Source of the DNA: Eledone cirrhosa
Lineage: Eukaryota
Length of the DNA: 64,000 bases
Reading direction: 5' to 3'
Assembly: GCA_964016885.1 (NCBI GenBank)
Contig: OZ024753.1
Coordinates: 19,964,001 to 20,028,000 of the forward strand
Part shown: one piece after another, positions 44,355 to 58,319 of the stretch
Numbering within the stretch: position 1 is the first letter of the stretch
Layout: each line of letters starts with the position of its first letter
Program-made: the position numbers and the translations under genes
The notes under the pieces: generated by a model
Database searches by the model: none
Told to the model about the DNA's origin: nothing
The model's input: the letters and a program-made list of their open reading frames with translations, nothing else

Positions 44355-45052
44355 TAGTAGTAGTAGTAAAGAGATTCGTTGTTGTGATAATGGTCAGCAG
44401 GGATGTGTGTGCGAACCGCAGCCTGTTGACAGTTCAAATGCCTATTAAGACAAGTATGTGTGTGTGTGTGTGTAGCAGAGTAATTCGTGGTAGAGGGATG
44501 GTCAGTATGAATGTGTCTGTACGTGTGTGGGGGATATTTTAATAAGTTAAAAGATAATTTTCCGCTCTTGTCTTATACGGAGAAGTGTGTGTGTGTGTGT
44601 GTATATATGTCTCTTTGTATGTTAATGTACGCGTGTGTATGTGTGTGTGTATATATATATGTGTGTATGTATATATGTGTGTGTGTGTGTGTCTGTGTGT
44701 GAGAATGTGTGTGTGGGTGGACTAGTATTTTTGTGATACTGGTGAAAATGGTGTACATGATTCGATATTTTCAGTAAAAACGATTCTCTCAATAGAACAT
44801 CAAAAACCTTAATAATAAAAGGTGTGAAATGATATATAGTATTGGCATAATACCAAGGTGTGTGTGAGAGTCCAGATTGTACGTACTGCATTAGGCCTTG
44901 CCGTATTGGAATACTTGTGTACAAATATGTATGTGCCCATCAGTGTGCAATGCATGTGTGCGTATATGTATGTGTGTGTGTCGGCACGTTTATATCTATA
45001 GACATCAAAAGGTATGCAAATTTGTGTATATTTGTGTTGCACCATATAACAT

Positions 45053-45224
45053 GTATCGGACGCCATGCTTTGACGCATAGAGTTACGGCCCTTGCTATTC
45101 TGAGTTCAAACCCGCCGAGGTTAACTTTGCCTTTCATCCTTACGGGCTCGATAAAATAAAGTATCAGTAATACACTGGTATAAAATAAAGTAATGCTGGC
45201 CTTGTGCCAAAAGTAGAAACAATT
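45053..45224 (+). mobile_element. tRNA-derived SINE
   Basis: Same SINE family; another copy at 50233-50402. Confidence 0.8.
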
Positions 45225-45545
45225 ATATATATATATATATATATATACATAGGAAAATGTTTGAACCCAACGGCTATTTTTTTTTCTAGTCCAGAAATAG
45301 CCGTTGAAACGGCTTCAGGTCTGCCGTCGGGGTCAAACATTTTCCTATTATCCACTCTACTACCCTACGTATTGTATTGAGTACTCTGATGCGTTATGGA
45401 CCATAGTTTTCCTTACCACACCTCATTCGTTATATATATATATCTGTGTGTTCGTTTTTCTGTTATATTCAATTATAATATACGGCTCGGAAGAATCTCT
45501 TTCCTAGAGCTATTTTATTGTAAGAAACTATTTTGGTTTCTAACT

Positions 45546-45607
<62 letters not shown>

Positions 45608-46477
45608 AAGGTATATATTGAGTTAGAAATTAAAATAGTTTCTTACAATAAAATACCTCTAGGAAAGAGATTTTTCCGAGCCGTATATTATAATTGAATA
45701 TAAAAGAAAAACGAACACACAGATATATACGTATATGTGTTCAAATCGTAAGGAACCAGATTCGCTAATGTGACAAGAATACTAACTATAGACAATAGGG
45801 TTTGCCGGACTCAATTTAAGAATAAATCAAGAAAATAAATACAAACCGGAATGGTGGTAACTTCCAACCACACAATTATAATATACGGCTCGGAAATATC
45901 TCTTTCTTAGAGCTATTTTATTGTAAGAGACTATTTTGTGTTTCTAACTCAATATACACCTCTGATATATTCGGCTCCGTTAATTTGCTGAGCTAATTTA
46001 AATGTCGAGTAAACCTGGCTGCTATATTTAGCGGTGTGAGTTTGTGAGACAGGCTAATTTCAGATATCATGTGCGTTATTATATATACGCACACTATTCA
46101 GTTTTTTAATATACTTAGAAATGACCAGGATACTAATAATTCTTCACCCACTGCTGAGCAAGAATTGGCATTCCTATTCACAATTAATATTGCAAAACAG
46201 CATTACCAAAGATGTCCGGGTGGTTGGTAGTTACCACAATTCCGGTTTGTATTTAATTTCTTGATTAATTCTTAAATGGAGTCTGGCAAACCCTATTGTC
46301 TATAGTTAGTATTCTTTACACCTTAGCGAATCCGGTCCCTTACGATTTGAATACATATATGTATATGTCTGTGTTCGTTTTTCTTTTATATTCAATTATA
46401 ATTTTATATATATATATATATTATAATGAAATGAATGACAGGAGGCTGGATTTGTGTAAATCCTTGAAAGGTTTATT

Positions 46478-46535
46478 ATACTATGATCATTTCAATGACC
46501 GGGTTCCGTATGAAATCGGTGATATCATCAGGTAT
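46478..46535 (-). ncRNA. Type I hammerhead, family B (best-preserved copy)
   Basis: Reverse complement reads ATAC-CTGATGA-TATCACCGATTTC(ATAC)GGAACCCGGTCATT-GAAA-TGATCA-TA-GTAT. Confidence 0.8.
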
Positions 46536-48583
46536 TCGAAATATAATAAGTCAATGTAATAGATAAATCCATGGGGCTGAAAATCAAAGACCCGAGGACG
46601 ACCGCCATCCAGCATCTTCTACTTTTGCCGGTCGCCTTCGAGTGACGTGGCTAAAGCTTACAGTGTGCTACTACCGGTCAAATAAAGGAAAACAGAAAGG
46701 GATAGGAACATAAGTTAGCGTTAATATCATGTCACAGGAAAAAAGAAAGAAAGAAGGAAAGAAGAGAGAAGAAGAGGGAAGGAAGAAGAATAGAAGCCAG
46801 GGTTAATGTCAGCTATAAGAAAAAAGACAGAAAGAAAGAGGAGGAAAGGTCGGTATTACAGTCAGGTCAGGGATGTCGCGAAAAAATGTTTATTCTAAGG
46901 AATCCGTATCTTAACAACTGCTACCGGTCAAATATAGGCAAAGAAAAAGGGGAAGGAAGATAAGTCAGCGTTAATATCATGCCACAAGGAGAAAGACAGA
47001 AAGAAGGGAGAAGAGAAGGAAGAAAAGGAAGAAGAAGAAAAGTCAGGGTTGATGGCTACAAGAAGAAATATAGAAAGAAAGAGGAAGAAAGTCGATATTA
47101 ATGTCAGACTAGAGTCAGGCCAGGAATGGCGCGAAAAAAATATTTGCAAAGGGACCCGTATCTTAGCAGAGGTAGATATAGTGGGGGTCTGTGTGTTATA
47201 ATGTGTGAGCAGAAGATTGGAACGTTACATTTTTGTTTAGACTTATAGGATGAAGTTAAAAAATTAATATTTAATATTAACATTATAAAATTAAAGAAAT
47301 TAGAAAATTTAAAGTTAAACAGTTTAACATTTTTAAGGTTGCGATGTTTAAGCAAAGAAAGAGTATTTTATGAAGACACTTAAATGTTATTATAGAGTAA
47401 AGATTATGTCTTTGTTTAGCCGTCAAACAGCATGCGGCGACTACAAACTTGGGCAGCCCATCACTCCGAGTGATATCGCCTAGCGAAAGATATGGAAATC
47501 AATTTTTCCGAGCACTCTAGGAATGTATAACAGGCTTCAGGTGCGCCAGCAGGAAGTCAGCCCGCATCGTTAGGCCATTCTTGTACAAAACCAGTACTAT
47601 TCCTTTACCCAGGAGGGGGGTTTGCTTAAGTAGAGGGAAGCGTGATATATCTAATAGTTCTGATTTGATCCGTAATTTAAAGGTACTATATGGCGGTTAA
47701 AAAACCGGCTGTGCGCCGGGCCCCTGGGGCGAGTCAAGCCACTCCGAGTAGTTTCATTTACCGAAAGAAGGGGAAATTTATTTTTCCAAGCACTCAAGGT
47801 AGGCCTATGCGCCAGGGGGCCAGTCCCGCCGCCAGGAAAACCAACCCAACAGTCCGACAGAAAGTTGGAACGTTAAAATATTGTTTAAATTTATAGGATG
47901 AAGCTGAAAGTATTCAGAATAACATTATAAAATTAAAGAGTAAGAAGATTGAGAATTGAACAAATACAAAAATTGAAAATTAAACATTTAAAACACTTTT
48001 TTAAGGTTTTGGGTTGCGAGGTTTAGTTAAAGAGAGTCTTTTATGAAGAAACGTTAATTGTATTATGTAGATCTTCTATAAGTTATCCTAGTGGGATGTG
48101 GAGTAAGGGATATAGTCGGGTAATATTTATTTTTGTTCTCAGGGGGAGACATTCTAGTGTCGTGTGCTAATGGATACAAGTGAGCAAATGTCCCAATAAG
48201 AGGAGTAGAAATACATGGATACATAGAAGTAGAATACGTGGAAAAGCACATTAATAAAGCAAAGGTATAAATATATAAATAAACCAACAAGAGCGGTGGT
48301 GGAGTAAGATGGAGAAATCAAGACATAGGAGAAATACAATAGAGTTCAGGTTTGCAGTATTTATGTTCCCAGGGGGGGACATTCCAGTGTCGTGTGCTAA
48401 TGGGTACACGCGAGTAAAAGTCCGAATAAGAGAAGTAAAAGGTACATGGATGTATAGAAGTAGAATACGTGGAAAAAACATTAATACAGCAAAGGTAGAA
48501 TGATATAAAGATATAAATAAACAAACAAGAGTGGTGGTGGAGTAAATGGAGATATCAAGACACAGGAGAAATACAATATAGTT

Positions 48584-48648
<65 letters not shown>

Positions 48649-48813
48649 CGAAGGAAATGTGGTAAGGAACCAGGTGGACCATAACGCACCAAAGTACTCA
48701 ATACTTAGGGTAGTAGAGTGGGTAATAGGAACGAGTAGGGCCCCGACGGCTGAGCTCAAACCGTCGAAACAGCTTGAGCTCAGCCGTCGGGGCCCTACTC
48801 GTTCCTATATATA

Positions 48814-48901
<88 letters not shown>

Positions 48902-48953
48902 CATACATATATATATACATATATATATAATTATATATATATATATATACATA

Positions 48954-49059
<106 letters not shown>

Positions 49060-49179
49060 ATTGAATATAAAAGAAAAACGAACACATTCTTTTCACCTTA
49101 GCGAATCCGGTCCCTTACGATTTGAATACATATATGTATATGTCTGTGTTCATCTTTCTTTTATATTCAATTATAATTT

Positions 49180-49332
<153 letters not shown>

Positions 49333-49356
49333 ATAGATATATGTACACACACATGA

Positions 49357-49392
<36 letters not shown>

Positions 49393-49805
49393 TCATGTGT
49401 GTGTATATAAGTGTGTTTGCGTGTGTATAAATGCAATGTTGAGAGCGAAACGACAGCATCTAGTTCAGGAAACAGGAAAAAGTGTAACATGCTTACTCTA
49501 AAGTAAGACATCCGTACAATAGCTGGTATTGTGCGTGTCTTTGATAAAATTCAATTTTTTTACCCGAAGATAGCTCCAAGGAATTTAATATAATGATTCG
49601 TTTCATATTGCTTTAGTTCAAAAGAAAACGATGAAAATGTGTGCCAGTGTTTTGTGTCTGTGTATGATTAAATTATTATATGTTTTAGCGTGTACACACA
49701 CACATATATATATACATATAAGTATCCATATATATATATATATATTTATTTGTGTGTATATATATCTGTATAAATGTATACATATATATATATATTTATA
49801 CACAC

Positions 49806-49899
<94 letters not shown>

Positions 49900-50795
49900 G
49901 TGTACATATACCTGTGTGTGTGTTTATACAATATCCATTTAAAACCTAACTACAATATTTCAAATTATATAATATAACAATATTAGAATTGGAATAATTC
50001 GGATGTTTTTGACGATAAAATGGTCACTTCAGTGGTGTAGAAATCTCTTAGTTTTATGAATTCAATTCTTCTGCTCGATTACATCGCACAAAAGGAACTT
50101 GAAATCAGAAGAGAAACTCAATAACAAATATTTCATGAATTCTGTCTTTGAAAGATAAAATACCTTCACTGGCAACAATTAAACAAGAGAACAATTTATT
50201 GACCGTACTTTTCAAAAGATTATAAGTTATATGTATCGGTAGAGGGTTGGACACCATGCTTTGGAGCAAAGAGTTACGGCCCTTTATAATCTGAGTTCAA
50301 ATCCAACCGAGGTTAACTTTGCCTTTCATCATTACGGGGTCGATAACATAAAGTACCAGTAATGCACTGGTTATTTGGTGGCCTTGTGCCAAACGTAGAA
50401 AAAACTATTTTTATATATATATAGAGTATATATATATATGTATGTGTGTGTGTGTGAGAGAGTGAGTGTGAGTGTGAGAGTATGTGTGTGTGTGTGTGTT
50501 TGTGTGAGTGTGTGTGTGTCTTTGTGTATGTGTGTATGTGTGTATGAATGTGTGTGTGTGTACGTGTGTGTGTGTGTAAATGCAAAAATTAAATAGAAAT
50601 AACAAAGCAAACGACACATTAGATGGAAGAACTATACTAGTTTAATGCTTGAAATAGCAGGAAAGGTCTTAACGTTTCTTACACTAATCCTTCATCAGAA
50701 GTTAAAGTTAGAAATAGAAAATGAAATAGAAAGACAGAGAGTGAAAAGAGGAAGGAACGGAGGGAAGTGGGAAAAAAAGATGTTTGTACATACAC

Positions 50796-50850
<55 letters not shown>

Positions 50851-50936
50851 ACATATATACACACACACATATATATATATTAGAATTGTTGCTCCGAAAT
50901 ATCCATATATATATGAATGTATATATAGCGCATTTT

Positions 50937-50980
50937 GCTTTGATAAGCATCAATAAATGCAGAAACAAGGCCTTGTCAGT
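50937..50980 (+). ncRNA. Hammerhead-like motif with core TTGATAA (second copy 51260-51303, period 323)
   Basis: GCT-TTGATAA-GCAT(CAATAA)ATGC-A-GAAA-CAAGGCCTTG-TC-AGT. Confidence 0.5.
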
Positions 50981-51544
50981 TTTAGCTCCCCCTGTTTGCT
51001 GAAATTAAAGTAAGTGAGTCTGTCACTACTCTAAAACAATAACATAAGGTCTTCGAAATGCTTCTAATTAAGCATGAAGTGTATTACAAAATTCACTGTA
51101 TATACATTCATATATATATATGGCTATTTCAGAGCAACAATTCTATTTTTTTTATTTCTGCTTGACCGGCAACCGCTCTGTATAATCAGTTCCTGATTAT
51201 TTACTAGAATTCTATAAGAACCAAACATCCGTGATTTCAGCAGACGGGAGGACTAGTTGGCTTTGATAAGCATCAATAAATGCAGAAACAAAACCTTGTC
51301 AGCTTTATCTCCCCCTGTTTGCTGAAATTAAAGTAAGTGAGTCAGTCACTACTCTAAAACAATAGCATAAGGTCTTCGAAATGCTTCTAATTAAGCATAA
51401 AGTGTATTGCAAAATGCACTATATATACATTTATATATATATATGTATATATATGTACAATATATATATATATATGTATATATATGTACTATATATATAG
51501 AGAGAGAGATTACAGTAATCAAAGTTCAGTTTAAGTCATTTATT

Positions 51545-51591
51545 TGCTTACAATTGTTTCCTCCAAACCGAGGTTTGGATTCTTCGAAGCA
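51545..51591 (-). ncRNA. Hammerhead with core TCGAAGA at the 3' end of the minus-strand Naiad-like PLE
   Basis: Reverse complement reads TGCT-TCGAAGA-ATCCAAACC(TC)GGTTTGGAG-GAAA-CAATTG-TA-AGCA. Confidence 0.7.
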
Positions 51592-53149
51592 GCTATTTAT
51601 AACATACTTGACCTCCTTTTCAACCCAAGAGACACATAAAACATATGCGCATATTGATCAACAGTGGGGTGACATTCATCAAATGAAATAGCATGGCAAT
51701 TTACATATAAAGTGTTACATGATAAAAATAAAATAAAATAAAATAAAGTAAAATAAAAACAAGAGTGAAAATAAGAGTGAAAATAAAGATAAACATGAAG
51801 CGTTGGCAGACTATGAAGATAAAGCAAGAGGAAAGCTTAGAGTAGTCAGTGCATGAAGCAATCTCCCGTGTAGCATGCACGCTTGTCTTATCTATACATG
51901 ATTAGAGTGCGTCAGAATGATATTTGCAGGGTCAGGCAGATGAAGCAGGCAATCGATCTTATTATATAGGCTGAATTATTAAGTCATTTATTCTCATACA
52001 TCTGTATGATATACAGTCTCGGATGCGGGGAAACACCAAAATATCAAAAACCTTCAACATACTATAAACCTTATTGTATCGTAGGCAAGGTCGTACCACT
52101 GTCCTTGCTCACACCACCACTCACATAATCCATGAGACGCAATATATATATAGAGAACACACGTCTATCGTATAATTCGCAGTGGTTCAGCATATAGTCA
52201 AGCCATAAACCGTATCCAGTCGGTTCTTAATTAATATATCATGCTGTCCAAATTCCGGAAGTGTCTGAATGATTAAGGGGAATTAATGCGTAAGGGGAGG
52301 TAACTAGCTAGTTATTTTAGTTACATTACTATGCTAAACTACATTAATGGTGATTCAAATACGTGCCTATCATGTGAAGTTATAACTAATATCTAGAGTA
52401 TGGTACCCATTTATAGGTTAGAGAGTTGTTCATTAAGAAGTACAAGGGTGTATATACTAGGATGATTGCCAACCATTAATTAAGGGGTGTCATATCTGAA
52501 CGTTCTATAAGAGGAGTCAGACTCTCAAGTCACTGCTCCATGCAAATGTAATACAACAGTAGGACCTGGTATGGTCCCACTATTGTATATGCCACCCGGT
52601 AGGCTCCGGGTCATTGCTTGCCTGCATCTCCAGTAAATCTTCGGTATGGTCCGGAGATCCGATCTCTCATATAAATGCACTAGTCTGGCCATCAGGTAAT
52701 AGACAACCCCCGTCTCAAATATAAATCAATTATGTATCACATCTCCAAGCTAGAGTGGAGTCTATTAATAGGTATTAAAGGAGTCCACATCAAGATGATT
52801 ACGTGCATAATTCAATGAACTGATCGCTTACAGTATATAATCACTTAACAATACGATTATCTATCTAATCATCAATCTATCTCTTGGTGGTAATCCATGC
52901 ACAGGACTATGCTATCACAACCAGTACCGTGTCCCCAGTTTATACTAATCTTATATTTGTGCAATGCAGAATAAGTAGTCCACGGTCGGGATATCGGTAT
53001 TAGAGGTACAAGGGGGTATTCCCAGGGTAGGTGGCACTCAAATGCTGTCAGTATTATCTTTAGAGTATAGATATGGGTGTGGATGTGAGGTGTAAGGTGT
53101 GCTACTGATGTTAATTGCTAGGGGTGGTGCCGGTTCCAGTCTGACATTA

Positions 53150-54670
53150 TTATATATAGGGTTTAAAGTTTTGGAACGAGTGTCGGAAGCGGAGTTGGCA
53201 ATTTGCGAACACTTCTGATTTTTTATTAAGGAGATTATGTTTAGAGAAGATGATAGTATGGGTCTCTAGTAGACAGAGGTTACAAAATTTATCAGGTGGT
53301 TTGTACGATGTTGCACTACCTACCACTTCCCATTTAAGTGTATATATTTTATTTTTAGTTTTTAGATAGTGTATGTAGCTAGATAGTGAAGTGGAGTTGG
53401 CTAGACTGTGTTTTTTGAAAGAGTGGAGGTGCGGATTGTATCTAGTTTTGAAGCAGTTAGAAGTGGAGCCTATGTAGGTTTCAGAAGAGCTGTTAGTTTG
53501 ACTGTACATGAGTATATGATATCCTTGGTTAAGCATGTTTTTATCTAAGGGGCAGGTTCTACTTGATCTACAGTTACAATTACTCTGGGTGCTAGTCTGC
53601 CGGTTACTATGCTGTGTAGAAGTTTGGAGGTTAGCTATAGGGTTATGGTTATGCGGGTTGTGGTACGCAGCGTTAATGTTTACACTAGTGCTATTACTAC
53701 TATTTCCATTGATATTACGGTTATTTGTTATAATGTTACTTTGACTGTTATTTTGAATGTTATTTTGAAGGTTTATCGACCGTTGTGATTTAGTTTGTTG
53801 GAAGTAAGAATTAATTTTTCTTTTATTTGTACTAGCTATGTGGTATGCTAAGTTAGGCGTAGTAGAGTATGAGATCTTAATAGTGTTTTTGTTTAAAAGG
53901 CCGTGGTACCTGTGGCCGGATGGGAAGTGTTTATCTAGTAGTGAGAAGAAAGCCCTAGGAAGGTTGGTAGAGACGTTTAAATTGAAAGGAGGGTTGAAAA
54001 ATGTATTATTTCTTCTTCTATTCCTGTTTTTTATGTCTGGTGATTTGTTTCCTTTAATGTTCCTATGGTCATTTCTGTGGTGCGAGTTACTCTTGTTGTT
54101 ACAATCCCTATTAGTGTGTGTGCAGTTGCTATTCTTATTATTAAATTTTCCCATGGACATGTTGTGTGAAATGATGTTGTAGCTATGTGTTTTTGTAGGT
54201 AGGAACTCTATCCCTGTATTATGGCCTGATCTAGCTAATGACTGATTATAATACTGCGAGTTATTGTTAAATGTTTTTATGTCATAGGATAGATTAGAGA
54301 TTCTATTAGATACTCCCTTAGAGATAGAGTTCAATATAGATTTAGGGTGGTTAGACTTGGTATCTACGTAGATGAGTTTTTCATTAGGTTTGTGGAAAGG
54401 TGCATATATCATTGAGTCTAAGTAGAGTGTGGCGTCTAGGAAGTTAACGTTTTTGGTGTTTTTGTCCATGGTAATACTAAGGTTAAAGTTTTTGAATGTT
54501 TTGTGCAATAGTTTTCTAGTCCTTTCTATATTGAATTTTTTATAGTCTATAAGTAGAAGTGCATCGTCGCGATACAAACCACCGCTGAGGTACGAAAGTT
54601 CCCCGTGGATTAGGTTAAGTAAGTATAGGCCAACCAAATCAATGACCTGCGCCGAGTCACTAGACCCCAA
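53150..54670 (-). pseudogene. Naiad-like PLE, 5'-truncated RT + GIY-YIG
   Basis: DLVGLY, GGLYRDD, NFLD, SNHP, FNPPF, CNCRSSRTCPL, YIGST..FKTRY..H, CNLCLLE, LNKKSE. Confidence 0.93.
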
Positions 54671-54688
54671 TATATATATATATAGATG

Positions 54689-54739
54689 AGATTCTACAGG
54701 ACTAGAACTGTTTCATTCATTAGAAATCATCAGGAATCT
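54689..54739 (-). ncRNA. Canonical type I hammerhead between the two divergent Naiad-like ORFs
   Basis: Reverse complement reads AGATTC-CTGATGA-TTTC(TAAT)GAAT-GAAA-CAG(TTCTAGTC)CTG-TA-GAATCT. Confidence 0.85.
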
Positions 54740-54761
54740 GGGTATCAAAAAATAAATATGG

Positions 54762-56020
54762 TATGTATACCACGATGGATCTTACTGGATCAACAAGAAA
54801 TCTCAGACCCCATTTGACGTTAGCATGGGGGCGAGTGACTCGGCTGAAATTAGCGACCTTGTGGGCCTGTACATCCTACATAACCTGAAGAACCTCTTTA
54901 CCGGCCTAACGGGAGGTTTATACCGAGACGACGGCCTCTTCGCCCTGCATAAGGTTAGCCCCAGAACCACCGATGGGTTTCGGAAAAACTTAAGCTCTTT
55001 CTTCTCTAATCTAGGATTTAGTATAACTATAGATTCTAATTTGACTAGGGCCAACTTCTTAGATGTCACTCTCGACCTAGATACTTCCCTCTATTACCCG
55101 TACCACAAACCTAACGAGTCCCTTAAATATATTAATGTTAATTCAAACCACCCCCAAAACATCACTGATAACCTAGTAAAAAGCGTCTCTATTAGAATAT
55201 CTGGCCTCTCCGCCAACAAAGATATTTTTAATGCATCTGCCTCCTACTACAATGACGCCCTAGCCCGTAGCGGATTTAAAGATAAGATAACTTACCTAGA
55301 AACCACCGCAAGATTGCAGAGTAGGAATAGACATAGGCAGATTAGCTGGTACAACCCTCCCTTCAATGGAGAGGTATCTACTCCGATAGCTAGGATTTTC
55401 TTCACTTTACTGAAATTACACTTCCCCATACAACATAGGTACTACACCATCTTTAATAAAAACACTATAAGACTGTCTTACTCCACCACACCTAACCTAG
55501 CTAGGAATATAGCCAACCACAATTCTAAACTAAATAAACCAACCACCTCCGAAACCAATCCCCGGACTGGGGCTCTATGTAATTGCCTAAATAAGGAAGC
55601 ATGCCCACTTGAAAACAAATGCCTCACAAATGACATCGTATACAAATGCGATGTCATCTCAGGCACCGAGGATTGCAAAAAAACTTACATCGGCATGACC
55701 TCCAACAATTTTAAGACCCGTTGGTATGCCCATACCCACTCCTTCAGAGGACCGGATAAATCAAATCAGACAACACTCGCCTCCTACGTTTGGGACCTCA
55801 AAAGGAACTCCACCCCCTTCACGCTTAATTGGAAAATACTCCAGAAGCGTGCTCTTACAACGTAGGACACAAGGGCTGCGACCTTTGTATTTAAGAGAGC
55901 TACGAAATTTTATTCGCCAAGGGCCCGCTACTGAACAAACTCTCTGAACACTGCCCGAACTGCATGCACAAGAACTTTGCAACATTCAAACACTTTAAGC
56001 CAGTGTTAAAGCCCGATGGC
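54762..56020 (+). pseudogene. Naiad-like PLE, 5'-truncated RT + GIY-YIG, frameshift near 55850
   Basis: FDVSMG, GGLYRDDG, WYNPPF, CNCLNKEACPLENKCL, IVYKC, YIGMT..FKTRW..H; then CDLC..E..LNK..E..CMH in the next frame. Confidence 0.93.
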
Positions 56021-56504
56021 TAAAAACGACCTCCCCCTATTGGCCCCTATACCTCCTCCCCACCCTACCCCCACCCCTCCTCAACCTGAAATACGGCCAC
56101 TATGGTTATGTGAGTACCTCTTTCGTATCTACATTTTCTGCCTGTAGAGGTGTCTTTATGTGCCTGCGTATATGCGTATATTTATTGAGTACCTACTTAC
56201 TTGTATGTGTATATATTTGTTTGTATGTGTGTATATGTATGTGTGTTTGTATAGATATATATATATGTATATATATATGTTTGTGTGTATATGTGTTTTA
56301 TGTGTGTATATTTATATATTTATGTATGTATATGTATGTGTATATATATGTGTATATATATGTATATATATATATATGTGTATATATACGTGTATGTATG
56401 TATGTAAGTATGTATGTCTATGTATGTATATATGTTTATGTATATGTGTGTGTATGTATATGTATGTGTGTGTGTATATATATATATATATATGTGTGTA
56501 TGTG

Positions 56505-56571
<67 letters not shown>

Positions 56572-56670
56572 GTATGTATATATATGTATATGTGTGTGTA
56601 TATGTATATATATGTGTGTATATGTATATATGTATGTGTATATATATATATATATATATGTGTGTATGCG

Positions 56671-56707
<37 letters not shown>

Positions 56708-56760
56708 ATGTATGTATGTATGTATATATGTATATGTATATATATGTATATGTATGTATA

Positions 56761-56821
<61 letters not shown>

Positions 56822-56842
56822 ATGTATGTATGTGTGTGCGTG

Positions 56843-56922
<80 letters not shown>

Positions 56923-57001
56923 GTTGTGTGGGCAGGTGTGTATATATGTATATATATATATATATGTATATATGTGTGTGTGTGTATTTGTGTATATATA
57001 T

Positions 57002-57201
57002 NNNNNNNNNNNNNNNNNNNNNNNNNNNNNNNNNNNNNNNNNNNNNNNNNNNNNNNNNNNNNNNNNNNNNNNNNNNNNNNNNNNNNNNNNNNNNNNNNNN
57101 NNNNNNNNNNNNNNNNNNNNNNNNNNNNNNNNNNNNNNNNNNNNNNNNNNNNNNNNNNNNNNNNNNNNNNNNNNNNNNNNNNNNNNNNNNNNNNNNNNNN
57201 N
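57002..57201. other. Assembly gap (200 N) inside a TA/TG microsatellite field
   Basis: N run. Confidence 1.
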
Positions 57202-57257
<56 letters not shown>

Positions 57258-58206
57258 ATATATGTACAATATATATATATTTTTTTTTCCCACATCTTAC
57301 GTTAACTATTTTTTCCCATTTTGACGCTATAGTCACTGATATATTATGGAATACTGTTGGCTTTTTGCTACAATATTTTCTATACCTTTCATTTATATAT
57401 TCATACTCGGATTTCTTTCCTAGAGTGCTTAAATTATTTGTGACTAATCCCGATAGTTTTATATAAAAAAACCGTGATAATATTGCTTTTTGCTGAACTC
57501 CTTATTGTAGAGCTTTTTCGGAATGTTTCTGACTGTGATTTCTTGTAAACAAACATTCGTCTCATTCTGACGTCACCAGCCCTGTTTTTCCACATGTGCG
57601 TTTTATTTTCATAATCACGCATGATGGTGAACTAGCCTGCTTTTAATTCCCTTTTTGGCATATTGATCACTGAGAAATGTTGGTTATCGAGTTGAGCTCT
57701 GATGAGGATCGAATTCCAACCGTGACCATCTCCACTGAAAGTTTTAGTGAAATAGTCTTCAAGACTATACAGTGCATTTGAAATTTTTTTCCAAATTGAA
57801 GGAGTATTTTTAATTTATTTTATCATGAGTTAAGGCTCTATTGATTTTTCCCTGGATTTCACAAAATTCTGTGGGATAAATCTATATCCTGATTCTTTTT
57901 GAGTTGAGTTTGAATTATTTTTCCCACATCTTACGTTAACTATTTTTTCCCATTTTGACGCTATAGTCACTTATATATTATGGGATACTGTTGGCTTTTT
58001 GCTACAATATTTTCTATACCTTTCATTTATATATATATATATATATATGTCTATATATGTACAATATATATATATATATATATATAGTACATATATATAT
58101 TGTACATATATATACATATATATATACATATATATATATACATATATATTGTACATATATATATATATATTGTACATATATAAATATTGTACATATATAC
58201 ATATAT

Positions 58207-58265
<59 letters not shown>

Positions 58266-58281
58266 CATATATAAAGTGTAC

Positions 58282-58319
<38 letters not shown>

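Noticed and set aside
53150-56020. Selenocysteine-encoding Naiad (in-frame UGA at conserved Cys)
   Set aside because: The visible conserved Cys positions are Cys codons, and the disruptions are frameshifts or TAA. The missing 5' parts cannot be judged.
56110-57336. Long ORFs rich in YI/CV/HT (here and throughout the window)
   Set aside because: They are translations of (TA)n/(TG)n microsatellites, some spanning the N gap.
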